From Bacillota bacterium (GTDB taxonomy: Bacteria > Bacillota > Clostridia > Peptostreptococcales > Acidaminobacteraceae): a stretch of DNA of 64,000 nucleotides. Below the pieces are notes generated by a model, which had not been told where the DNA came from, did no database searches, and saw only the letters and a list, made by a program, of their open reading frames with translations. The translations under genes were made by a program, and so were the position numbers. This document shows, piece by piece, positions 9,616 to 23,971 of the stretch (position 1 is the first letter of the stretch; every line of letters begins with the position of its first letter). Where the stretch lies: assembly GCA_020161295.1 (NCBI GenBank), contig JAIUOA010000007.1, positions 24,612 to 88,611 on the forward strand, in the 5' to 3' direction.

Positions 9616-10686
9616 CTATACACGGCCAAGCTCAGTGACACACTTCGCGATCATTTCGTCGATGGTGGTAATCACTTTCTGGCTGCTTTCATAATTTCGG
9701 TTCATCTCTATGAGTTGAATCATCTCTGTTACCGCATCGGAGTTGGATTGCTCGATGTAGTTCTGGATGACTTCGCCTTCAAATTCAACTTTTTCACCAG
9801 TGAGTGGTGAGCGTTCCTTATAATAGCCCGTGCCGATTTTATAGACATCGGCGATGTTCGTAAAGGCTGTGAGCTGTAATTTATCAGTAATCTCACCGTT
9901 CTGGATGATTTCTCCAAACTCATTAACGGTGAAGTTTTCGCTCTCGATGATGATCGGACCATTGAGTCCAAGCACCTTAGAGCCATCGAAAGTCACAAGT
10001 TCGTTTAGATTATTGATGGTAAATGCACCGTCACGCGTGTAATAATCGCCTGTTTCAGTTCTAACGGTAAAGAAGCCTTCACCCTTTATCGCCATGTCGA
10101 ATCGGCTATCAGTGCGCTGTAGCTGACCTTGTTCATGATCCGTTAAAACGGAGTATCCGCGGATACCTGCGCTGATGGTGCCCACCGCAGTTGGATGCGT
10201 GGTCGATACGAGATTATCTACAACCATTCCATTTACTGAAATTGCACCTTTCTCATCCACCGTGAAATCGCCGTCGCCGACGAAAATCGGACCTTTATTT
10301 CCAAGTACGAGGTTTCCTTTTAAATTATCGATGGAACCCCCGATATTTTTATAGATGGTTCGTAAATACCCATCCGTGTCTTTAAAGAAAGTGGTGCTCT
10401 TACCATAATGAATGCCATTAGGTGTATCGATTCTGAAGTAGCCTCTGTCTGTTTCAAGGGTTGTTTCCTCACCAGAAGTACTCTGAGCGACGTTCACTGC
10501 ACCTGATTCATAGGGAATCGAAGAGCCGTTGATTCGGGTTAGCAACCTTGCGTTAAACGATTCAACTTCCACACGGTCCTTTTTATAACCCGTGGTGTTC
10601 ACATTCGCCAGGTTGTTTCCGATGACGTCCATTTTATTGATGTTTGTGATCATGCTCGTTCCAGCGATGTATAACCCTTTAACCAT
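9616..10686 (-). CDS. Flagellar rod/hook-basal-body protein (FlgF/FlhO-like) with an enlarged central region
   Basis: N-terminal MDVIGNNLANVNTTGYK and C-terminal SNSDAVTEMIQLIEMNRNYESSQK. At 356 aa it is longer than typical FlhO. Confidence 0.8.
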   Translation of the reverse strand: MVKGLYIAGTSMITNINKMDVIGNNLANVNTTGYKKDRVEVESFNARLLTRINGSSIPYESGAVNVAQSTSGEETTLETDRGYFRIDTPNGIHYGKSTTFFKDTDGYLRTIYKNIGGSIDNLKGNLVLGNKGPIFVGDGDFTVDEKGAISVNGMVVDNLVSTTHPTAVGTISAGIRGYSVLTDHEQGQLQRTDSRFDMAIKGEGFFTVRTETGDYYTRDGAFTINNLNELVTFDGSKVLGLNGPIIIESENFTVNEFGEIIQNGEITDKLQLTAFTNIADVYKIGTGYYKERSPLTGEKVEFEGEVIQNYIEQSNSDAVTEMIQLIEMNRNYESSQKVITTIDEMIAKCVTELGRV

Positions 10687-10714
10687 AATACCCTCCTGCT
10701 TTCATTCAAAAAGG

Positions 10715-10742
10715 TTATCGGCTAAGAACCATTAAAACTTTA
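10715..10742 (-). promoter_or_regulatory. Sigma-D/FliA (sigma-28)-type promoter for the rod operon
   Basis: Minus strand reads TAAA-16 nt-GCCGATAA, and the -10 element ends 28 nt before the ATG at 10686. Confidence 0.5.
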
Positions 10743-10855
10743 GAACTCAATTGAGGCATTTCCTAAAAAGCTGGTCAAAATTTCACCCTTAATTGTTAAA
10801 TCCCAAACTATCAGGTATTTCTATAGCTGAACCCTTTATATCATCTATGGTTCGA

Positions 10856-10884
10856 TTGACGAAATGTCTGGAATGTGTTAAATT
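10856..10884 (+). promoter_or_regulatory. Orphan sigma-A-like promoter (extended -10)
   Basis: TTGACG-17 nt-TAAATT, with TGT immediately upstream of the -10 element. Confidence 0.35.
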
Positions 10885-10936
10885 AAAGGTGGTTAAAATA
10901 CCATACCCTTTATTAATTTCAATTTCCTCATTTTTT

Positions 10937-10972
10937 GGAATGACCGTCCGTTCGTGTCATTCCCCTTTTTTT
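10937..10972 (+). terminator. Orphan plus-strand intrinsic terminator
   Basis: Hairpin GGAATGAC-11 nt loop-GTCATTCC, then CC and T7. There is no plus-strand gene upstream. Confidence 0.6.
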
Positions 10973-10997
10973 GCTCAAAACGCTTCCATATATTAAC

Positions 10998-11021
10998 AAA
11001 AAAACACCTGTTTTCCAGGTG
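10998..11021 (-). terminator. Terminator after nadC
   Basis: Hairpin CACCTG-GAAAA-CAGGTG followed by T7 on the minus strand. Confidence 0.6.
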
Positions 11022-11063
11022 TTTGCTTATTTTTTGACAATAATTTTAACATCACAATTTCTT

Positions 11064-11897
11064 CTATTCAAACCTCAAACTGATGTCCATGGCCGTTACC
11101 GAATGGGTTAATTTTCCCACAGAGATAAGATCCACTCCCGTTTCCGCTACCAACCGTACCGTTTCCAGGTTCATGTTACCACTGGCTTCTAATAGCACAC
11201 GGCCACAATTCACCTGAACGGCCTCTTTCATCTGAGCCAGAGACATATTATCCAGCATGACGATATCCGCACCCGCAGCGATCGCCTCAAGTAACCCATC
11301 TAATGATTCCACTTCAACCTCAATACGGATGGTATGTGGTATTTCTTGCTTTACCTTCCTGATCGCAGCCGAGATACCCCCAGCAGCCGCGATATGGTTG
11401 TCCTTGATTAGCACGCCATCTGATAGATTAAAGCGGTGATTAAACGCACCACCATGTCTAACCGCCATTTTATCGAAAAGCCTGAGTCCAGGTGCCGTCT
11501 TGCGCGTGTCTACGATTTTCGCAGGCAAGTCTTTAACTGCTTCGACATAACGATGTGTTTCAGTTGCGATCCCAGACATGCGCTGCAAAAAGTTCAGCGC
11601 TGTACGCTCTCCAAATAATAACGCTTTAGTAGGACCAGTCAAAACAGCGATTATTTCACCTAATGCAACTTCTTCCCCATCAGACTTAGACGCTTCCACA
11701 TCCACCTGATCAGAAATCAATTCAAAGACCCTTCTAAAGACCTCGAGGCCTGACAGGACGCTTGGTGCCTTTGCGATCAGCTTTGCCCGTGAGTGATGGT
11801 CATCCCCAAAAAGCGAATCGGAGGTCACGTCCAGCGTCGGTTTGTCTTCCGCCAGTGCATTTAAAATCGCCGCATCTAATGTACTATATTGAATCAT
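11064..11897 (-). CDS. nadC: Nicotinate-nucleotide pyrophosphorylase (carboxylating)
   Basis: 277 aa with ...TRKTAPGLR...KDNH... motifs. Last gene of the nadA-nadB-nadC operon. Confidence 0.9.
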   Translation of the reverse strand: MIQYSTLDAAILNALAEDKPTLDVTSDSLFGDDHHSRAKLIAKAPSVLSGLEVFRRVFELISDQVDVEASKSDGEEVALGEIIAVLTGPTKALLFGERTALNFLQRMSGIATETHRYVEAVKDLPAKIVDTRKTAPGLRLFDKMAVRHGGAFNHRFNLSDGVLIKDNHIAAAGGISAAIRKVKQEIPHTIRIEVEVESLDGLLEAIAAGADIVMLDNMSLAQMKEAVQVNCGRVLLEASGNMNLETVRLVAETGVDLISVGKLTHSVTAMDISLRFE

Positions 11898-13353
11898 GTG
11901 CCAGTACCTCCTTCATCATTTTTAAACGTACGAGTAAAGCGTTCTCTTCTCTTCTACGCGTCACTGAAAAAGCCTCGTTTTGAATCGAAGCTAAGCTGTT
12001 TTCCAGCACGCTCACCATCCCTCGAATCGCCGCTTCATCCTTAACAATCCCCATATGAAGGTCCATCCAATTTGCAAGGTTCAAAGCCTTCAAGTCATCT
12101 ATCGCGCCTTCGTTTGGTGCCATTTCGGTTTGCGAGAGATTACCATCACATCCGATTGCTTCCACCGCTTCACTGATATGCCTTGCAACTGCACCACCAA
12201 AAACCAGTGCCTCAAGTAATGAGTTGCTCGCCAGTCTATTTTTACCGTGAACACCTGTATAAGCGCATTCGCCAGCCGCGTAAATTCCAGGCATTGAAGT
12301 CATTCCATTAAGATCAGTGACAATTCCGCCCATGGCATAATGTGCCCCAGGTGAGACCGGTATATAGTCCACATCCAAATTGATGCCTTTCGAATCACAG
12401 TATGCTGAAATCGTAGGAAAATGATCATGCATCTGTTTCGATCCGATACCGGTAACATCAAGCCACACATGCTCAGAACCGCACTTTTTCATCACGTCGA
12501 GAATGGCTTTAGATACTATATCACGAGGTGCAAGCTCCATCATCGGGTGAACGTCCTTCATAAATCGTTGACCCTTACTATCTTTTAATAGACCGCCCGC
12601 ACCGCGAACCGCCTCAGAAATCAAGAATCCTTCCTGCATCCCCTGCGTATTGTAAAACACTGTAGGATGAAACTGAACCCAGCTTAAATGTGCAACCCCG
12701 AGACCAGCCTTCATGGCCAGCGCATAACCATCTCCATAAATACCTTCGTTATTGCTGGTCCGCGCATAAAGCCTACCGAGACCCCCAGTGGCGATAACGA
12801 CCTTTTGAGCCCCCAGTCTAACCATTTTATCTTTCGTAGCAAACTCTACAAATTGGCATCCATCATATGAAGGATGAATCGCCGTCACGTAGGCATCGTC
12901 CATAATAGAGAGATTACTTCTCTCCAGTACCCGTTGCCACAGCGTTTCCATGACACCTCTGCCGGTATAATCACCGATTCTAAGAATGCGCTCAAGCCTA
13001 TGCGCCCCCTCACGTCCTAAAAAGTACGACCCATCGGCGTTTTTATCAAAAACGACGCCGAGTGCCTCCAAATTCAGAATCGCTTCGGTGGCTTCATTTG
13101 TGAGTTTATGAACTGCTCTGCTGGAATTATAGCCGTGACCACAAACCATCGTGTCCTCAAAATGCCACTCTGGCGAATCACCAACCCCAACGGGTGCAGC
13201 AATCCCCCCCTGTGCTAAATAACTGTTAGTCTTCGAAATTGGACCTGCTGATAAAATGGCAATTCTAAGCGAAGGCTTTAGCATCAGCGCTGTATATACG
13301 CCCGCTAAACCCGCACCGATAATGACCACATCATAGTCCAGCTGTTTTTCCAT
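11884..13353 (-). CDS. nadB: L-aspartate oxidase
   Basis: N-terminal FAD-binding fold DVVIIGAGLAG, plus the flavoprotein motifs AQGGIAA and HYAMGG. Confidence 0.9.
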   Translation of the reverse strand: MEKQLDYDVVIIGAGLAGVYTALMLKPSLRIAILSAGPISKTNSYLAQGGIAAPVGVGDSPEWHFEDTMVCGHGYNSSRAVHKLTNEATEAILNLEALGVVFDKNADGSYFLGREGAHRLERILRIGDYTGRGVMETLWQRVLERSNLSIMDDAYVTAIHPSYDGCQFVEFATKDKMVRLGAQKVVIATGGLGRLYARTSNNEGIYGDGYALAMKAGLGVAHLSWVQFHPTVFYNTQGMQEGFLISEAVRGAGGLLKDSKGQRFMKDVHPMMELAPRDIVSKAILDVMKKCGSEHVWLDVTGIGSKQMHDHFPTISAYCDSKGINLDVDYIPVSPGAHYAMGGIVTDLNGMTSMPGIYAAGECAYTGVHGKNRLASNSLLEALVFGGAVARHISEAVEAIGCDGNLSQTEMAPNEGAIDDLKALNLANWMDLHMGIVKDEAAIRGMVSVLENSLASIQNEAFSVTRRREENALLVRLKMMKEVLAHDSI

Positions 13354-13355
13354 GA

Positions 13356-14252
13356 TTATGACCTTTCCATCATCCGATGAATGGCTCCGTAAGCATTTTT
13401 AGAAACCGTTTCATCCACGAAAATTTCTCCTCTGTCTTCACTAAGGGTATAATAAATGTCTTCTAACGTCGTCTTCTTCATATTTTTACAAACCATGGCC
13501 TCATCCAGCAAATGAAAGGTCTTTTCAGGATGTTTAAGGCGCAGGGTATCCACTACCCCTTGCTCCGTTCCGATGACGATTTCCATCGCACCCGATTCTT
13601 CACAAGCTGTGATGATCTGTGCTGTGCTTCCGATGAAGTCAGCGCGCGAAAGCACCTCCGGTCGACACTCCGGATGAGCAAATAATACCGCGCCGCTAAA
13701 CTCAGCCATTCTTGCGTCTACCTCTTGCGCCGTTACACGATGATGTGTCGGGCAAAAGCCTCGCCATAATACGATCTCTTTATCAGGACATAAGCTTTGT
13801 ACATACTGTCCCAGATTCTGGTCAGGAACGAACAGGATTTGCTTTGCGTCGATGCTGTTTACGATTTTTACCGCATTCGATGACGTACAGCAAATATCAC
13901 TGATGGCTTTCACTTCTGCAGACGAATTGACATACGTCACCACGACCGCCTCAGGATACTGGATTTTCATCTCCGCTAAACGCTCTGCAGTCACCATGTC
14001 AGCCATTGGACACCCCGCCTCTTTATTGGGTAAGAACACCCTTTTCTGGGGTGCCAATATCTTTGCCGTTTCAGCCATAAAGTGGACGCCACATAACAGG
14101 ATGCGTGATTCATCCACTTTGGATGCAATTTTTGAAAGCTCTAAAGAATCGCCCACGAAATCCGCCACTTCCTTAACGGCCAAGGACTGATAATGATGGG
14201 CTAAAATTACCGCATTTTTTTCGCGCTTCAGGCGCAAGATTTCCTTTTTCAT
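13356..14252 (-). CDS. nadA: Quinolinate synthase
   Basis: 298 aa with AHHYQ..., VHFMAETAKIL and conserved Cys residues. Lies upstream of nadB. Confidence 0.9.
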   Translation of the reverse strand: MKKEILRLKREKNAVILAHHYQSLAVKEVADFVGDSLELSKIASKVDESRILLCGVHFMAETAKILAPQKRVFLPNKEAGCPMADMVTAERLAEMKIQYPEAVVVTYVNSSAEVKAISDICCTSSNAVKIVNSIDAKQILFVPDQNLGQYVQSLCPDKEIVLWRGFCPTHHRVTAQEVDARMAEFSGAVLFAHPECRPEVLSRADFIGSTAQIITACEESGAMEIVIGTEQGVVDTLRLKHPEKTFHLLDEAMVCKNMKKTTLEDIYYTLSEDRGEIFVDETVSKNAYGAIHRMMERS

Positions 14253-14394
14253 AATTACCTCATTGTTAATATATACTTAATGGTATAAAAATACTCAACG
14301 TTATAAAAATAACTGTCTAAAAAAACCGGATGTCAATACAACTGTCTTGTCACTACACCCCCAAATATATCACACGGCTCTTCAATTGACAACC

Positions 14395-14436
14395 AAAAAA
14401 AGCTCAGTATCATCGGGATGAACCGAGGAACTGAGC
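14395..14436 (-). terminator. Terminator after mreB
   Basis: Hairpin GCTCAGT...ACTGAGC followed by T7 on the minus strand. Confidence 0.6.
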
Positions 14437-14472
14437 CAAATTTGAATGATTTGAACGATTATTAAAATGCTG

Positions 14473-15501
14473 TTATAAATACTTTTTCTTTGACGAAGTC
14501 ATCATGTTCTTCTCGAGAATATCGATGTGTTCAAGGCTCATACCTGTGCCTTTAGCAACACAGCTTACCGCATCATCAGCGATATAGGTCGGAATTCCCG
14601 TACGTTTTTCGATGAGTTTGTTAAGACCATGGAGCAGTGATCCACCGCCAGTCATAATAATGCCACGTGAACTGATATCGGATGCAAGCTCAGGTGGTGT
14701 TTTCTCCAGCACCTGATGTACGGCATCAGCCACTGCGTTTACCACTTCCTGAAGCGCTTCTAACATCTCTTCACTCGATATACTGATATTTTTAGGAAGT
14801 CCTGTTATCAAGTCCCTTCCACGGCAATCCATCTTGATGGCTTTCGTTCTCGGATAAGCTGTTCCGACATTGATTTTAAGTTCTTCTGCCGTACGCTCAC
14901 CAATTAAGAGGTTGTGTTTCTTTCTCATGTACTTGATGATGGCTTCATCAAACTTATCACCGGCTACCTTGATAGAGGTGCTGACGACGATTCCGCCCAG
15001 CGAAATCACGGCGATGTCCGAGGTACCCCCACCGATATCGATGACCATGTTACCATCTGGTTTCGTAATGTCCAGACCAGCACCGATAGCTGCTGCGATG
15101 GGCTCTTCTATCAAGAAGGTCTTACCGCCGCCAGCTTCCATAGTGGCATCAAGGACGGCTCTCTTTTCAACTTCAGTAACACCACTTGGTACGCAGATGA
15201 TAATCTTAGGCTTAAACAGCCTTCTTTTACCACAAGTTTTATTGATAAAGTATCTGAGCATACGCTCAGTGACATCATAATCTGAAATAACGCCGTCTTT
15301 TAAAGGTCTAATGGCGATGATGTTGCCTGGTGTTCTTCCTAACATTTTTCGGGCTTCGTTACCCACAGCGAGTACACGGTCCGTGTTGTTGTCGATGGCA
15401 ACCACAGAAGGTTCCCTTAAAACGATTCCTTTACCTTTTATGTACACCAGTACACTGGCAGTACCTAAATCTATTCCTATCTCAGCGCCTAAGCCAAACA
15501 T
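14473..15501 (-). CDS. mreB: Rod-shape-determining actin homologue MreB/Mbl
   Basis: Contains IGIDLGTASVLVY and DIGGGTSDIAVISLGG. 342 aa. Confidence 0.9.
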   Translation of the reverse strand: MFGLGAEIGIDLGTASVLVYIKGKGIVLREPSVVAIDNNTDRVLAVGNEARKMLGRTPGNIIAIRPLKDGVISDYDVTERMLRYFINKTCGKRRLFKPKIIICVPSGVTEVEKRAVLDATMEAGGGKTFLIEEPIAAAIGAGLDITKPDGNMVIDIGGGTSDIAVISLGGIVVSTSIKVAGDKFDEAIIKYMRKKHNLLIGERTAEELKINVGTAYPRTKAIKMDCRGRDLITGLPKNISISSEEMLEALQEVVNAVADAVHQVLEKTPPELASDISSRGIIMTGGGSLLHGLNKLIEKRTGIPTYIADDAVSCVAKGTGMSLEHIDILEKNMMTSSKKKYL

Positions 15502-15525
15502 TACGCTCCACCTTCCATCCGTTTA

Positions 15526-16788
15526 TTATGATTCGATTCTACGAATTCTCGCACCCAATCCCACAAGGTCTTTTTCGATTTGTGGATAGCCGCGGTCGAT
15601 ATGATAGATTTCGTCAATTTCTGTAACGCCTTCTGCAACAAGCCCAGAGAGTACTAGTGCAGCACCAGCTCTAAGGTCGGTGGCTTTTACTTGCGCGCCC
15701 TGGAGTTGTTTGACGCCTTGTATAACAGCGCTATGGCCCTCAATTTTTATATTGGCTCCCATGCGATTGATTTCTGCAACATGTCTAAAACGGTTCTCAA
15801 AAACAGTCTCTGTGATGACACTCGTTCCTTCAGAAATCGCCAGTAATGCCATAAACTGTGCTTGGGCATCTGTTGGGAATCCTGGGTAAGGTAAAGTTGT
15901 TAAATCCACAGCTTTCAGGGGACCCGTGGTATAAACGCGGATGGTATCGTCCTCATCCTCCACTGTTACGCCCATTTCTCTCAGTTTTGCCGTTACTGGC
16001 TTTACGTGGCTTGACACGACATTTTCAATGGTGATATCGCCCTTAGTAAGTGCTGCAGCAACCATATAAGTGGCTGCGATGATTCTGTCAGGAATGGTCT
16101 GATGACGTGTACCGCTGAGTGCAGTAACGCCATTAATTCTAATGGTATCGGTACCAGCGCCTTTAACATTGGCACCCATTTCGTTTAAAAAGTTGGCGAG
16201 ATCGATAATCTCTGGTTCTTTCGCCGCATTCTGAATCAAAGTCTGGCCTTTTGCCATAGTGGCTGCCATCATGATGTTTTCGGTAGCGCCTACACTTGGG
16301 AAGTCTAAATAAATTTCATTCCCGATGAGGCCATTTTCGGCTTTTGCTTCGATATAACCATGACCTAAGGTCACTTCTGCCCCTAGTGCTTGAAAGCCCT
16401 TGAGATGAAGGTCGATTGGTCTTGCGCCGATAGCACAACCACCAGGCATAGAAACCTTAGCGATCCCTTTTTTAGCGAGTAACGGCCCCATCACGAGAAA
16501 AGACGCCCTCATTTTTTGAATAAGTTCGTAAGGTGCTTCACATTTCAGTTCCTTTGCAGGATGAATTTCCACGACTTCCTTAACACGGTCATAATCCACA
16601 CTGAGGCCTAACGACTCTAAAAGTGTGATCATGACTTCTACATCGATGAGCTCCGGTACGCTTTCGATTTGGCAGGCATCATCTGCTAAAATCGATGCTG
16701 CCATGAGCTTTAAAACCGAATTTTTTGCGCCTTTTATTTTCACCGTGCCTCTAAGAGGCGCGCTTTTTTCAACCAACAACTTCGCCAA
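15526..16788 (-). CDS. murA: UDP-N-acetylglucosamine 1-carboxyvinyltransferase
   Basis: Contains GTVKIKGAKNS and the MPGGCAIGARPIDLH active-site Cys loop. I prefer the TTG start at 16788 because GGAGG lies 6 nt upstream, over the track ATG at 16809. Confidence 0.9.
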   Translation of the reverse strand: MAKLLVEKSAPLRGTVKIKGAKNSVLKLMAASILADDACQIESVPELIDVEVMITLLESLGLSVDYDRVKEVVEIHPAKELKCEAPYELIQKMRASFLVMGPLLAKKGIAKVSMPGGCAIGARPIDLHLKGFQALGAEVTLGHGYIEAKAENGLIGNEIYLDFPSVGATENIMMAATMAKGQTLIQNAAKEPEIIDLANFLNEMGANVKGAGTDTIRINGVTALSGTRHQTIPDRIIAATYMVAAALTKGDITIENVVSSHVKPVTAKLREMGVTVEDEDDTIRVYTTGPLKAVDLTTLPYPGFPTDAQAQFMALLAISEGTSVITETVFENRFRHVAEINRMGANIKIEGHSAVIQGVKQLQGAQVKATDLRAGAALVLSGLVAEGVTEIDEIYHIDRGYPQIEKDLVGLGARIRRIES

Positions 16789-16946
16789 ACTTTTCCTCCA
16801 TTCCTGCATTAACGCAGTTTTCTTACTCTATATTAAAGTAATTTCATCATTTTCAATCCTGTTTTGTAAACAGGTGTAAACTGGTCATAGTCATTTACTA
16901 TTATATATAAAAAAGATAGTACTATCTATATTTTTTTCTTTTTTTT

Positions 16947-16985
16947 AAAAAAAAACAGACCAGAGAACTACTCTGGCCTGTTTTT
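16947..16985. terminator. Terminator after atpC (bidirectional shape)
   Basis: Hairpin CAGACCAGAG-AACTA-CTCTGGCCTG flanked by A9 and T5. Confidence 0.65.
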
Positions 16986-16990
16986 GAGGT

Positions 16991-17404
16991 TTACTTACGG
17001 ATTTCATAAAGTTTGATACGGTTGATGGCCCTTTCTAGCGCTGCACGCGCCCTGATAAAATCCACGCCTTTTTCGACGCCCTCTGCAATTCTGGTTTCGG
17101 CACGCTTTTTCGCTTCTAATGCGCGATCGATGTCAATCTCCTCGACCCACTCAGCCGAATCAACAACCACAGTAACTTGATCTTCATTGACAGTAAGGAA
17201 TCCAGTTGAACCTGCTGCCCACTTAAACGAACCATCCTCTTGCTTGATGCGAAGGCTACCGATTCTTAGTGGTGCCACCAGTGGCTCATGGTCATATAAA
17301 ATTCCGATGTCGCCCTCAGTCGTGCGCATGATGACCATATCTGTCTCTCCACTGAAGAACACTTTGTCTGGCGTCACGATTTCAAGCTTGAATTTATTGC
17401 CCAT
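16991..17404 (-). CDS. atpC: F1 ATP synthase epsilon subunit
   Basis: 137 aa in the operon position after atpD, with a LEIVTPDK N-terminus. Confidence 0.9.
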   Translation of the reverse strand: MGNKFKLEIVTPDKVFFSGETDMVIMRTTEGDIGILYDHEPLVAPLRIGSLRIKQEDGSFKWAAGSTGFLTVNEDQVTVVVDSAEWVEEIDIDRALEAKKRAETRIAEGVEKGVDFIRARAALERAINRIKLYEIRK

Positions 17405-17418
17405 TTAGACACCCCCTA

Positions 17419-19703
<2,285 letters not shown>

Positions 19704-19725
19704 GTGATCCCTCCTTAAAGGAAGC

Positions 19726-21784
<2,059 letters not shown>

Positions 21785-21797
<13 letters not shown>

Positions 21798-22318
21798 TGA
21801 GTCTCACCTACTTCACTAATGAACTTATTGATAAGTTCCTTGTGATCGGCTTCGTTGAGGTCTTTTTCAACGACTTTTGATGCCGCAAGTATCGTAAGCT
21901 CAGAAATCTGACCTTTTAACTCATTAACCGCCTTAACTCTCTCTCTTTCGAGTTCTCTATGTGCGTTCAGCTTCATGTTATCTACTTCAGCTTCTGCAGT
22001 CTTAACGATTTCAAATGCTCTGTTTTCTGCTCGTTGCGTATACTTCTTCACGACGTCCTTACCTTCTTCCTCAGCAAGTAACAACTTCGCTTCATAATCC
22101 GCCTTGAGCTTCTGAGCTTCCTCATCCAACTGCTTTGCATGTTGAATTTGGTTTTTGATCTCATTTTCACGCTTTTGCATAAAATTGGTGACTGGACCAA
22201 AGAGAAACTTTCTGAGAATCAAATATAGGATGAGCGTATTGATCAGCTGGAAGACAAATGTCCAACTCAGTTCCACAAGTCCTAATCTAAGGGCTGCGGT
22301 TGCCATATCCATACTCAT
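21785..22318 (-). CDS. atpF: Fo ATP synthase b subunit
   Basis: One N-terminal TM segment followed by a long charged helix. GGAGG lies 6 nt upstream. Confidence 0.85.
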
Positions 22319-22346
22319 GTAATACCTCCTAAGTGATTCTATTTAA

Positions 22347-22646
<300 letters not shown>

Positions 22647-22686
22647 TCATTTACTTTTGTGTCTTTTCGTTTAGAACGTTCTAAAG

Positions 22687-23250
<564 letters not shown>

Positions 23251-23260
23251 TTAATTGATA

Positions 23261-23971
23261 TTACTCCATTGCACCTGAAATAAATACCATTGATAGCATT
23301 GTGAAGATAAATGATTGCAACAAGCCCGCAAATAAATCAAAGTAAATATGAAGTACTGCTGGGACACCTGCTTGAAGCAAAGGAATTGCTAGGCCAAACA
23401 GCATTTCCGTAAATCCACCAAGTGCGCCGTATAATAGCGACATGATAATTACGCCTGCTACGATGTTACCAAAAAGACGGAAGCCTAAAGATACAGGATT
23501 CGCCAATTCACCAATAATGTTAAGTGGTAACAGTAACGGCATCGGCTGTAAAAAACCCTTCGTGTAATTGCCAATTCCTTTGCTTTTAAGTCCAAAGAAC
23601 TGGGTCAGCACAAATGTGGTAATCGACAGACACATGGTCGTATTTAGGTCTGCTGTTGGTGGTCTGAATCCCAACAACCCAATGATGTTGGAAATCCCGA
23701 TGAAGAACAGAAGCGTTCCGACAAAAGGTGCAAACATGTAATTACGCTCGCCCATGTTCTGCTTCGTTAGTCCATTGATGACACTAACAATCTGTTCGAC
23801 GATGAGTTGAAGACCCTTTGCTTCTTTTTTCATATTGCGCGTTGCCACGATGGAAAAAATGAACAGTACTGCGATGATTAACCACGTTACGGTAACCGTC
23901 TCAGATACTGGAATATTTCCAATGTGGAACGCTATGCGTGGTCCAAAACCTTCAGTGCCCACTAGATTCAT
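23261..23971 (-). CDS. atpB: Fo ATP synthase a subunit
   Basis: Contains the conserved FRLFGNIVAG Arg motif. The start is uncertain: the ATG at 23971 abuts GGAGG, and a GTG at 24013 is the alternative. Confidence 0.85.
   Translation of the reverse strand: MNLVGTEGFGPRIAFHIGNIPVSETVTVTWLIIAVLFIFSIVATRNMKKEAKGLQLIVEQIVSVINGLTKQNMGERNYMFAPFVGTLLFFIGISNIIGLLGFRPPTADLNTTMCLSITTFVLTQFFGLKSKGIGNYTKGFLQPMPLLLPLNIIGELANPVSLGFRLFGNIVAGVIIMSLLYGALGGFTEMLFGLAIPLLQAGVPAVLHIYFDLFAGLLQSFIFTMLSMVFISGAME

Noticed and set aside
10793-10996. The 67-aa plus-strand ORF in the flhO-nadC intergenic region.
   Set aside because: It has no RBS and its composition is atypical. It also runs through a promoter-like element and across an intrinsic terminator, so the region is better explained as non-coding.
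14253-14300. A possible NAD+ riboswitch in the nadA 5' UTR.
   Set aside because: The distance from the best promoter candidate to the ATG is only a few tens of nucleotides. It shows no conserved stem-bulge architecture and is too short for a riboswitch aptamer.
14870-15285. Plus-strand ORFs of 136 and 123 aa lying antisense to mreB. Similar shadow ORFs lie opposite or within atpD (17394..17765), tsaC, the antiporter, metK, nadA, etfA and the Gly-rich gene (48948..49238, Pro-rich).
   Set aside because: They lie wholly inside well-supported genes on the other strand or in another frame, lack RBSs and have low-complexity or odd composition. These are typical antisense shadow ORFs.
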